Source of the DNA: Nemertoderma westbladi
Taxonomy: Eukaryota > Animalia > Xenacoelomorpha
DNA length: 58,475 nucleotides
Direction: 5' to 3'
Assembly (NCBI GenBank): GCA_032718475.1
Contig: JAUCBJ010009015.1
Span: 1 to 58,475 of the forward strand
Shown here piece by piece: positions 11,706 to 21,134 of this stretch (the first letter of the stretch is position 1; the number at the start of each line of letters is the position of its first letter). The translations under genes and the position numbers were made by a program. Under the pieces are notes generated by a model. That model did no database searches. It had not been told where the DNA came from and was given only the letters and a program-made list of their open reading frames with translations.

Positions 11706-14700
11706 ATGGAGAAGGATATTAGAGCGCAACCGCGCAGAGGATTTACTGCCAGAGAGGAGGCGGAGCTACCATTCGCGCGACCAGGATGTAAAGACTCTAA
11801 CGTTTACTACCATGGGCGGTCCGTGATGGAGCTGAACGGGAAATACAAACCTATGTATGATAAGGAATTACGGAGGGAAAGAATGAGAGCGTTGGGAGAC
11901 CGGATGGAAGTTTTGCGGAAAGAATATCGCACTCGGTATCCTTACGACTTCGCTTTGGACGTATGTGACATTAGTGCAGACCCGGATGAGGAGATCGCAC
12001 GACTGTACCATATGAATATGTATTTACGACACGAAGAACCTCTACCTGCAGTCCGAGATCAGTTCGACGGAATGCATCTGTACCGGAGGACTCGAGGCGA
12101 GGATCAGGAGACGCCGAAAGTCTTCAGCGTGTACAAGCTCTTCTACAAGTGTGGTGAATGCATGAATAAGCAAGATGTGGCGATTCCCGACCGACTAGAC
12201 GAGCAACATCCAGAACCGATATTAACGCGATGTCCAGCTCACCAGTTCCTTAGATACAACGAGGGAGGTTACCCGATGAGCAACCCGATGATCAGTATCG
12301 ACTTCGGCGGAAAGCGACCTCCGAGACCCATTACGCCGACCGTTACGACATTAGATCCGTATACGGAGATTAAACCCTGTTCGACACCCAGTTTGATAGA
12401 GACGGCAGCGGCCATTTCGCTATACCGAGCCTATAAGGATCTAGAGGTGCGGCGCGAAGCGGCACGGGACTCGGGTACCAAACCCGCGGGTTTGGAGCTC
12501 TCGAGTCCCTGGACTGCGTTTACTTCACCTCACCGAGCGAGAAGCCTCACTCCTGAGCATCAGGACGACATAGACGCGTTGCGGCAGGAGGAGCGAGCGG
12601 CGAAGGCGAAAGAGTTATTTGAGAATAGGATAGCGGAGTATAATAAGACCGCGGATAGACATCAAGAGGAGACGAGAAGAGTGACCGGATCTGTTCCACA
12701 GGTCGTATCTCAACCCCGACCGGTGTATTATTCCGACGGCACCGAACCTGCGATATTAGTAGATCATCCGGAGTCGCGAGAAGCGATACGATTCTTGCCG
12801 ATGGTAAGAATGGCGGATCATTGGAACGTTGACTGTCTACGGGAAGTTTTATGCGCGAAGTTCTTGCGTGATGTCCCAATGCAGATCACAGATTACGACA
12901 CATTGGATAAGATTGGAGCTCCGGGGAAGGAGAGCAAATTATTTGGATGGTTTGATAAGTACATCAAGGTATGGGTCGCGGTGGCTACATTCCCAGATGA
13001 CGAGGAGGTAGATCAGACGTGGCTGAGGAGGAAGGGTTCTTATACCCGATATGATGACCACAAGGCTATTGAGCGCATGTGGACCCCATCAGACGAGATT
13101 CAGCGTCAGTGGAGGAAAACGGAGGAATCACTGCAGGATTGGCGGGTGATGTTCTACGACAACGAAGGAGGGTCCCATCAGGAATGTTTGACCAGCAAGT
13201 GTATTCAAATTCGTGCAGCCGATGGTGTGACTCATGTGTTTATGCATGTGAGGGCGGATCGAGAGAGACTGGAGCCCATCATAACGACACAATATCGGAA
13301 AGGGAAGGATCCTAGGGAGCAGATTTTGGAGGTATGCAGGCGAGGAGGTATGCACGGAGCAGAGCGTATCGACGCCAGAATGTTACCCAAGAAAGTTAGA
13401 GAGGCTATTCTCAACCAAGATTACGTCAAGGTGGGATCGGCAGTCCAGAGCGATTTGGAGAGCGACTTCAACGCCATGACTGATCTGGAAGATAGATTGC
13501 CGAGACCGTTTGTCGACACCAAGCTATTGTTGCTATGGGCACAGGATATTGGAATTTATAGGGAGTATCCCAACTCTGCCAAGACTGGTATGGGCTTTAT
13601 AGCACACTTGTTGTATAATTGGGACTTTAAGTTAAAGACGCAGAAGAAGTACGAGGAGGCGTATGGTGAATATAACACGCCACCGGGAGCGGAGTTCAAA
13701 TCCCACTTCAAGCGGCAAGCGTTAGTGTATTGGAACATTTGCGCGCCACCCCGTGCGTCGCTACAATATTATTTGGTGCTTGAGTCGAACACGGTGACTT
13801 GTTTATTAGCGGATATCGTTGCGCGAGTTTTGAAGCGTCATCCATTGGTATTCGGAGGAGATCAATACGTTCGCTCGAAAGGGGGAATCCAATCCGACGT
13901 GATGAAGCGTTTCTTAACCCCGTTCTTCAACCAATCGTTAGAGAATACGTCGATGGTTAGGAGAGGATTAGCGATATTCGAAGGAGTATATCGACAGAAC
14001 ATCGGAGATTTGGGAGACCGACCGTCGATGGAATATCCGACGCCAGAAGCTTTGGAGAAGTGGTTCGGGAATCAAACCCGCGGGTTTGGTACTCCCTTCC
14101 ACTCGGAGGCTGATAGACCTGTTAAGGAGGGCTGGCCGGAGACGTTAGTAGAGGTGTTCGGAGTAGATCTTCCGGTGGAGAAGACATATCCGAAACGAAC
14201 GCGGGAGGAAATATTGGAGATAGAGGACAAGGGCGAGGATGTTTACTTTGTTCCGGATCGACAACCGTTGACCGGAGAGGACGACATCGTATTAGACATT
14301 GGGAAGGAAGGAAGTGCGAAACCGATTGGAGACCTCATATACGAGAGGGCCTGGTTTCCACAAGCGCGTAGGTGCAAGTTGTGCGGCAGCACAAGGCACA
14401 ATCTAAAGTCGTGCGACGCGGTAGTAGAGGCGGCGCATAAGGTCTGTCGTTGGTGTAATAAGACCAACCATTCGTTTCACACGTGCACCGTCTTCATTTC
14501 TCAATGTGGATATTGTGGGGTAAAGGGACATCGTAGCGCGAGATGTCAGCTGCGAGATGATTCCTTTCAAAACCATAGCGCTAACCTACTTCGGGAGATG
14601 TTAGATAAGTGGGAGAGTGTGGCTGATTACCATATTCAAGCGCAGATGGGTTGGTTACCATTTAAGGCGGGATATGGATTTTGGGCAGTAGACCCATCAC

Positions 14701-15413
14701 ATGTTGCGTACGAGCCATATCTACAATCGCTACCACAATATCAGGAACTCATCCTAACTGCTCAAGACCTTCCACAGAACACTGGAGTTATCGTAGTTCG
14801 AGAATACTTCAGACAGTTGAATATGGATAACAAGTACACCTGGAACTTCGTTGCTATTTGCGATCGCATCACGAAGGGTGTATTTACGGAGACTAGAAAA
14901 GTGGTACGCGCGCGAGGTGATTGGAGGATGGCGGCTATACAATACCGCAACGAATTCTTGTTGACTCATGTGCCAGTGGGTTCATTGACCGCTGAGAGGA
15001 TACAGGAACAGAGGATCGCAGCGACCACAGCGACGACCGCTGGAGCTCAAGGCTCGCGGAAGGAACCAGGAGGAGGGGTCCAAGACAAGCGTCAAGTCAA
15101 GGACGACCACTATCACTCTATTATAGAAGCACAGAGGTTGCAGCGCAAGGCGCAGGGAGCGTCGGAGAAGGCGCGAGTGCAACTGCATAAGGAAGAGTTG
15201 GCGGAAGCGACCACAGGAGCACGACAATTGGGACGAGGCCGAGGAAGAAGCACGAGCCGGGAATCTGTCGGGGCTCAGGGAACATCGTCGCCGGTTCCGG
15301 GGAGTGACGTCTCACGGACGCCGTCAACGGAGTCGACTGGAGGACGACTGGTGTATCTGGGAAGGGGGCGAAAGAGAGGAGCGAGCCCGAAGAACCCAGG
15401 AGCGGGTCGATGA
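11706..15413 (+). CDS. Accessory ORF3 (1235 aa from first ATG): unknown N-domain, DEDDy-like 3'-5' exonuclease, three CCHC knuckles, basic tail
   Basis: Uninterrupted. ExoI-like VMFYDNEG (13140-13170), ExoII-like LPKKVREAILNQDYVKVGSAVQSD (to 13454), FVDT, ExoIII-like QYYLVLE (13764-13784). Knuckles at 14373-14546. No signal peptide or TM segment evident. Confidence 0.8.
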   Translation: MEKDIRAQPRRGFTAREEAELPFARPGCKDSNVYYHGRSVMELNGKYKPMYDKELRRERMRALGDRMEVLRKEYRTRYPYDFALDVCDISADPDEEIARLYHMNMYLRHEEPLPAVRDQFDGMHLYRRTRGEDQETPKVFSVYKLFYKCGECMNKQDVAIPDRLDEQHPEPILTRCPAHQFLRYNEGGYPMSNPMISIDFGGKRPPRPITPTVTTLDPYTEIKPCSTPSLIETAAAISLYRAYKDLEVRREAARDSGTKPAGLELSSPWTAFTSPHRARSLTPEHQDDIDALRQEERAAKAKELFENRIAEYNKTADRHQEETRRVTGSVPQVVSQPRPVYYSDGTEPAILVDHPESREAIRFLPMVRMADHWNVDCLREVLCAKFLRDVPMQITDYDTLDKIGAPGKESKLFGWFDKYIKVWVAVATFPDDEEVDQTWLRRKGSYTRYDDHKAIERMWTPSDEIQRQWRKTEESLQDWRVMFYDNEGGSHQECLTSKCIQIRAADGVTHVFMHVRADRERLEPIITTQYRKGKDPREQILEVCRRGGMHGAERIDARMLPKKVREAILNQDYVKVGSAVQSDLESDFNAMTDLEDRLPRPFVDTKLLLLWAQDIGIYREYPNSAKTGMGFIAHLLYNWDFKLKTQKKYEEAYGEYNTPPGAEFKSHFKRQALVYWNICAPPRASLQYYLVLESNTVTCLLADIVARVLKRHPLVFGGDQYVRSKGGIQSDVMKRFLTPFFNQSLENTSMVRRGLAIFEGVYRQNIGDLGDRPSMEYPTPEALEKWFGNQTRGFGTPFHSEADRPVKEGWPETLVEVFGVDLPVEKTYPKRTREEILEIEDKGEDVYFVPDRQPLTGEDDIVLDIGKEGSAKPIGDLIYERAWFPQARRCKLCGSTRHNLKSCDAVVEAAHKVCRWCNKTNHSFHTCTVFISQCGYCGVKGHRSARCQLRDDSFQNHSANLLREMLDKWESVADYHIQAQMGWLPFKAGYGFWAVDPSHVAYEPYLQSLPQYQELILTAQDLPQNTGVIVVREYFRQLNMDNKYTWNFVAICDRITKGVFTETRKVVRARGDWRMAAIQYRNEFLLTHVPVGSLTAERIQEQRIAATTATTAGAQGSRKEPGGGVQDKRQVKDDHYHSIIEAQRLQRKAQGASEKARVQLHKEELAEATTGARQLGRGRGRSTSRESVGAQGTSSPVPGSDVSRTPSTESTGGRLVYLGRGRKRGASPKNPGAGR

Positions 15414-15888
15414 TACATTATAGCACAGGGCGACAGACTCTAGATATATACATCATCGTCGCTCTGATGTATATTGTAGCATTTTAGAAATACCCGACTA
15501 GACTCATATACACTAGTTGAGCTGTTTTGAATTTATATTATGAGAGAGGCGAAGGAAGTGATTGGGGAGACAAACCTGCGGGTTTGGCTTACTCCTTTCA
15601 CTTGCCCTAGCAAATTTTTTTTATATTTGATCTTGTATGTAGTAATCATTATGTAGTAAGAACGAGAAACAATATTTTGTAAATTTAATTTGAATGAGAG
15701 AGATAATATTTGTAAATTTAATTTGTATGCAATTCATTATGCAATATCTATAGCAATATTTTGTAAATAGTAGGATTTATAGTATCAAGTATTTAGATTA
15801 GTTGGAAGAAATTTATTTTGTTTTGTATACATCACCTTATACTCTTCTACAGTTGGAGGGAAACATTATATGATTTCCCTTGGAGCGG

Positions 15889-17746
15889 TGTTACGGTATA
15901 TGGCGCTGTATCCACATATATTAGTCCGTTATACTGTATGTAATATTAGTCCATTGTGCAGCATAATATTTTAGATAAGATATAATAGCGAGGTGATATT
16001 TAGATAGGGAAACCAAAACGCATATATATTTGAATCCATCCATTTTGTATAATATGTAGCCCTACCTACGTAATTTTGTATTAGGATATATGTAGATAGT
16101 TCCAGGGTAGCAAGTTTAGTCGGACCCTGGATTTCGTGCTTGCTGATATTAGCTTCAATAGGGCTAGAATATAGGGACGCTGTCCTGGCCATTCAGCAGC
16201 CAGGGACATGATCCATTACCATATATGGTAATAATTCGAGGTTTGGGCAGCAATATGGCTACAATCCGGCCTCCTTATTGGACTGACTGCTTCCAGCTTG
16301 GTCTAATGCTAGCGCGGACTGGAGAGCCAATAGGAGAGCGATTGAGTCACCCTATTGCATCACCCCATCCGGATCACCTATAAATTGGCGGTTTGCCGGT
16401 AGAGCTGTATCATTCTATACCTCACAATCCACACCTTTGTACTTGCTGAGCTGTCCCTATTCACTTTTTGACGGATATTTTAGCGTATTTCTGCAATTTG
16501 CTATTTTCGATTAATTTCTCAAAATGATTTGCTAGTGCGATTATTCTTGATTGTGTTTCTCAATTAATTCCATCGATTACTGCCAATTACAACTGGAACT
16601 ATGATTTCTACCTTTTGTTAATGGTTCTATGTGATTCCTTTCTACGCAATAATCCTAAGGGATTTCTGAGACTGTCAGACTTTGTGATTTGCATGCGCCG
16701 CTACGGTAGCTATTAGCATAATGGAGGGCTAAGGTGCCAGTGGGCGGTGGGCACATCGGGGGGTTAGCGACGAAGGGAGAGCAGAGGATTCAAAGGCGGG
16801 CAATGCTGGCGGGGGGTCACCGTTGCGGTCGGGTAGTTCACACTGTGGTATGCAGACCATTCGCTGGTACAGTAATTAGGGGGCTGATGATCCAGGTTTC
16901 GTCTCTATTTAGTATTAGGGGGGCAGGAATCAGGTTAGTTAGGAGTCCTATATGTACCCGGGAGAGGCCTGCACGTATCACAACATGGAGTGTGAAGTAC
17001 GAATAGTGAGTCGCATAACTGTGGGCTATACAGTAGTTAACTGCATAATTGCGAACTGTGATTGCTGACGCTGATTGGTGTGTTATTGAAGTGTGCCTAC
17101 GATTGTGAATGTTTAGGTAGGCGCCCCCTTTTCTTTGATTGATTTCAATTTCTTAGTTACAACAATTAGTTACTGATTAGGTCAAAGTAATACGGCAATT
17201 TAGGCTATTACTAGCGAAACCTGTTGCGTAATAAATTAGAATTACGCATTCTGGAACTCTTAGTAATTAATACGCTGTTACATATTTGTGACTGTAATTG
17301 ATTAGTAAAAATTAAGAATTAGTACGCAGCATAGCGGAGAGTAGCTAAGGTAATAATTAGAGTACTGTAAACTATTCACGCTGAGCGGTTATTTGCATTA
17401 GCGGGCAATCAGCTAGATCGCACTATTCGGTACACACAATACGCTAGTAATTTGCTGCCCTAAAGCCAGCTGCAGGCAAGTTTAGACCCGGAGCGGTACT
17501 ATTTACGTAGAAACAAATACTGTACCATTTTGATAATTTAAATATTCTCGCATTCACACATTACGTTAGGAAACCCCAGTATTCGCGATTAGAAAAGACG
17601 TAGGCAGTAGCGTGCTTTAATAGTGATAGAATTAGGCGTAAGAATACTCTGAGTGCAAAGCCTCTCGCACTCGTCTTAAGTAAGCTTAGGGAGCCGACTC
17701 GGGTTTATTGTTTTGGTTATTCCCGCGTGGCTCATAGATTCGAACA
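15889..17746 (+). repeat. Putative 3' LTR of element B (right boundary inferred)
   Basis: Begins TGT directly after GGAGCGG, as the A and C LTRs do. CCAAT and TATAAA occur at ~16330-16385. The end is placed at TTCGAACA by analogy to the GCGAACA ends of A and C; no second copy is available to confirm it. Confidence 0.55.
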
Positions 17747-18795
17747 GTTAGCTCTCTGTCGAGCAATCGGTAGAGAAAGGAACAAGCGATTTTGCAGGAG
17801 CTGTGTAAATTTAGTAAATTATATTAGCGGACGGCAGATTAGCGCCATCTAACGGTAAGTAGCGATTTTGTATTTAGCAACCTTTACAATTTAGTAATAT
17901 CACGCTCCTGATCCCCTTTACTTAACAGTAGAGCAGTCTTTGTGTCTTATTGGTTAGGCGAGAGCTCATTAGGTTGGCAGATAGGTCTACGGGTATTTGT
18001 CTGTTCAACAGTTCTGCTGTTAGTATAGGTGTCGCGGTTGTTTATCAGTTATATATAAATTTGCGATGTGGCACGTAGTCAACGAAGAAGAGATGAGACG
18101 TGTCATAATCATCGACGAATAAGAAAAGAGATGGAGTGCAACGTGGATGAATGGTTGGTTGCGTGGATAGGAAATATGTGAAAGAATATGAATCATAGGG
18201 TTGTGTGTAATAATCAATAATTATTATAATAAAAAACGCACAGTATAATGTTAGTGGTGGTAGTCTTTCAATATGGCACAGATGCTGTGGGATTGGTTAG
18301 GTTGAGTAACTATGGAAATGTTCGTATACGTGTAGCTGGAACGTGGCGGAATTTCACGTATCATAGTGCTGGACTGGTAGGCTGCTTGGTTGGTTGGATT
18401 GGCGACTGCTGTCGAAGAGTAGCACTAGCTAGCGGTGGTGAGTTGGCAATCGATATAATATAATAGCGTAGTGAGGGGTGGGGGCTAGCCATGCATCGTG
18501 AAGTTAGGTTACGCGAAGATAAATATGCAATGGTTGGTTGATGCAACGACGCGAATCAATACTGATGGGTGGTAACAGTTGTCGAGTAAGGCAGGCATCG
18601 CGAGGTTAGGCTACGCGTAGGTGATAAGCAACGATTGGTTGAAGGCAACGACGCGAATCAATACTGATGGTGACAGATGGTCATTAAACACCGCGATTTA
18701 GCACCGGAATTTGGCATTTTTAATAGCCCTCTGAGATGTAGCCCGTAGCCCAAGCTAGGGAGGAGTATGATGGGGTCACCTCTTCTCCTACTACT

Positions 18796-20514
18796 CGGGA
18801 CATTCGTACACAATTTTGAACTTTGATTGCCTGTACAATGTTATACACAGCACATATGTGCACAAAATTGTGCTTGGATTAAACTTTCGAATATCAGCTT
18901 TGATTTTGCGAAGCTTATGGCGGGAATTAGTCACTTTTGAGAAAACGCCAGCTTGTCCAATTAAGGTAAAGTACGGATTCGTACGAAATAGTTTTTTTTA
19001 ATTTATAATTTCAATTCTAAAATTTAGCGAATTGTGCGCAGGTACGGTGTTGAGTTAATGTTTAGGATAAAGCTGTATTATTAAGCTTAAATAAAAATAT
19101 AAATATAAGACGAATTGCTGCATTGCTAATTTTTTACAGTGTGGTTTGTGTGGTAAAGTATGGGACATTGCTAAGTAAAGTACGGGACCTGTATGAATTT
19201 TTTGGTCAAAATGGTCTCTTACACTTAAATTAACAGTAATTTCTGGATAATTAGTGATAATAAAGTGCAACTAAGTATTTCCAACCAAGATATGGATGCA
19301 AAATGTGGGGCGACCCACAAATTGACCCGAAGTCTTAGCATATGGGTGCCGTTGAGGAGTTGTCTGTCATCTGTCTAATTTTTGATCGCTAATACTGTAT
19401 AACTCGGTCATTTATAGATGAAATTAAACCAAACTTGGTATGTATGAAGTCTGTCAAAAGTTTGGAAATAATCTGAAGTTTAAGGAATCAAAGGTCACAT
19501 ATCAGACAGTCTGTCTGTTGGTACCGAAATAAGTTTCAAAATTTTGATAAAAACCGAAATAAGTCCGCCAATCATTGATGAAATATAACCAAACTTGTTA
19601 CACATGTAGTCTGTGAAAAGTTTAGAATTTCTTTCCATTTTTCTGAAAATGTATCAATTACTGTACTTACCGATCTTCTTATCTGCTAAAAAACTAAATT
19701 TTTTGAAATTTGTTGTAAAGTACGGGTCTTTACATGCTTAAACTCAAAGATTAGTTAATTGAGGAATGATTCTTAGTTCAAATACAAACTTCTATGCTTC
19801 CCCCTACTATCACCCTAAAGCATTATAACACTCCTGCCCTCCAGGTTTCATATATTACATTAATACAGTGCACTAAAATGTAATCGCCATTATAATGGTA
19901 AAGTATGGGACAATTTTCAATTGGCCGTTATAATGTTTCTGAGGGAGTAGATTATGAAACTACAGGTAATTGTTTCTTAAGATGACGCAACACAAACGTG
20001 CTTTGCATTCTACTGGGTGATTGGGCTGAGTTAGACTACTTCTCTGTGTATAAATTAAAAATTTCACTATTTTTTGGTAAAGTATGGGACTTTACATGCA
20101 TAAACCCAAGGATTTCTTGACTGAGGAATGATTCTCAGTTCAAATATAGACTCCTATTCTTACGGCCGACTATGACCTTAGAGTATTATAACACTCATGG
20201 CTTCACATATTACATTAATACAGTGCACTAATATAATCGCCATTTTGATGGTAAAGTATGGGACAATTTTCAATTGGCCGCCATGATATTTCTGAGGGAG
20301 TGAAGATGAAACTAATTGTTTTATACGATGACGCAACACAAGCGTGCTTTGCATTCCACTGGGTGATTAGGCTGAGTTACATCTCTGTGAATAAACTAAA
20401 AATTTCACTATTTTAGGTAAAGTATGGGACATCACAATATTAACTTTATCGATTTCATTACAGAGGAACGAAACACTGGTGAAATTAAATAAAACCAAAA
20501 AAATTCGAAAATTG
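18796..20514 (+). mobile_element. Doubly truncated copy of the DNA transposon at 21768-23785
   Basis: Near-identical to 21789-23506 but lacks both terminal inverted repeats. Confidence 0.9.
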
Positions 20515-20540
20515 ACTTAAGTATATTAAGTGTTATTACA

Positions 20541-20858
20541 GTACAATTATCTATTGCGCGTACTGCTTTTGCTAAAGGCTATCGAGAACAATGGACTCGT
20601 GAATTAATTATTATTCATCGGGTCAGATTGGATAGAGTACCAGCGGTAATGTTTGATATTAAGGACAGCGCTGGTGCTATAATAAATGGTCCATTTTATT
20701 CATACGAACTCCAAAAGGTCCACCCGAGTAGTAATATTTATCTTCCGATTGACAAAAATATTGGCAAACTTAAAGAACGTGTACGCAATGGGAAAAAAGA
20801 ATATTTAGTCAGATTCATTGGATCCAAGAAACAGTTGTGGGTACAGCATATTAAATAA
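20541..20858 (+). pseudogene. Polinton integrase C-terminus with chromodomain-like tail (5' truncated)
   Basis: VQLSIARTAFAKGYREQWTRE...IINGPFYSYELQKV...GKKEYLVRFIG matches the Polinton integrase pattern F.KGY...W..E...G.FY..ELQ plus EYLV.(W/F).G. Confidence 0.8.
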
Positions 20859-21134
20859 GTTTAGGTTTATACTGTATATTAATTCATTGCACGAATAATG
20901 GTCACATATGGACATAATTAATCAATATTAACTCGAATGATATTACTATACTATACTGTAAGTCTAATATCTATAGTTCATTCGCTTTAAATAAAGCCAG
21001 TAAAATATTGATGCCTTGCATATACTGTAGAAGCAATGAACGTGACGACAGATGTCTATAATTTAACATTATACTGTATGTACAAAGGAGTCAAGTAAAG
21101 AGAGAGAGAGAGAGCTTAAATAATAATAATAATA

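Larger units (their letters stand above)
2130..17746 (+). mobile_element. Element B: BEL/Pao LTR retrotransposon (gag-PR, disrupted pol, ORF3, 3' LTR); 5' LTR not in window
   Basis: Domain order is gag-PR-RT-RH-INT with Pao-type motifs. PPT-like TTGGAGCGG is followed by TGTTACGG at 15889. The 3' end is inferred. Confidence 0.85.

Noticed and set aside
11706-15413. ORF3 as an envelope glycoprotein
   Set aside because: No signal peptide, TM anchor or fusion-protein cysteine pattern; the cysteines form CCHC knuckles.
18816-19270. Duplicated small ORFs (also 21809-22262, and those in the C LTRs)
   Set aside because: Their identity only reflects DNA duplication; no protein features.
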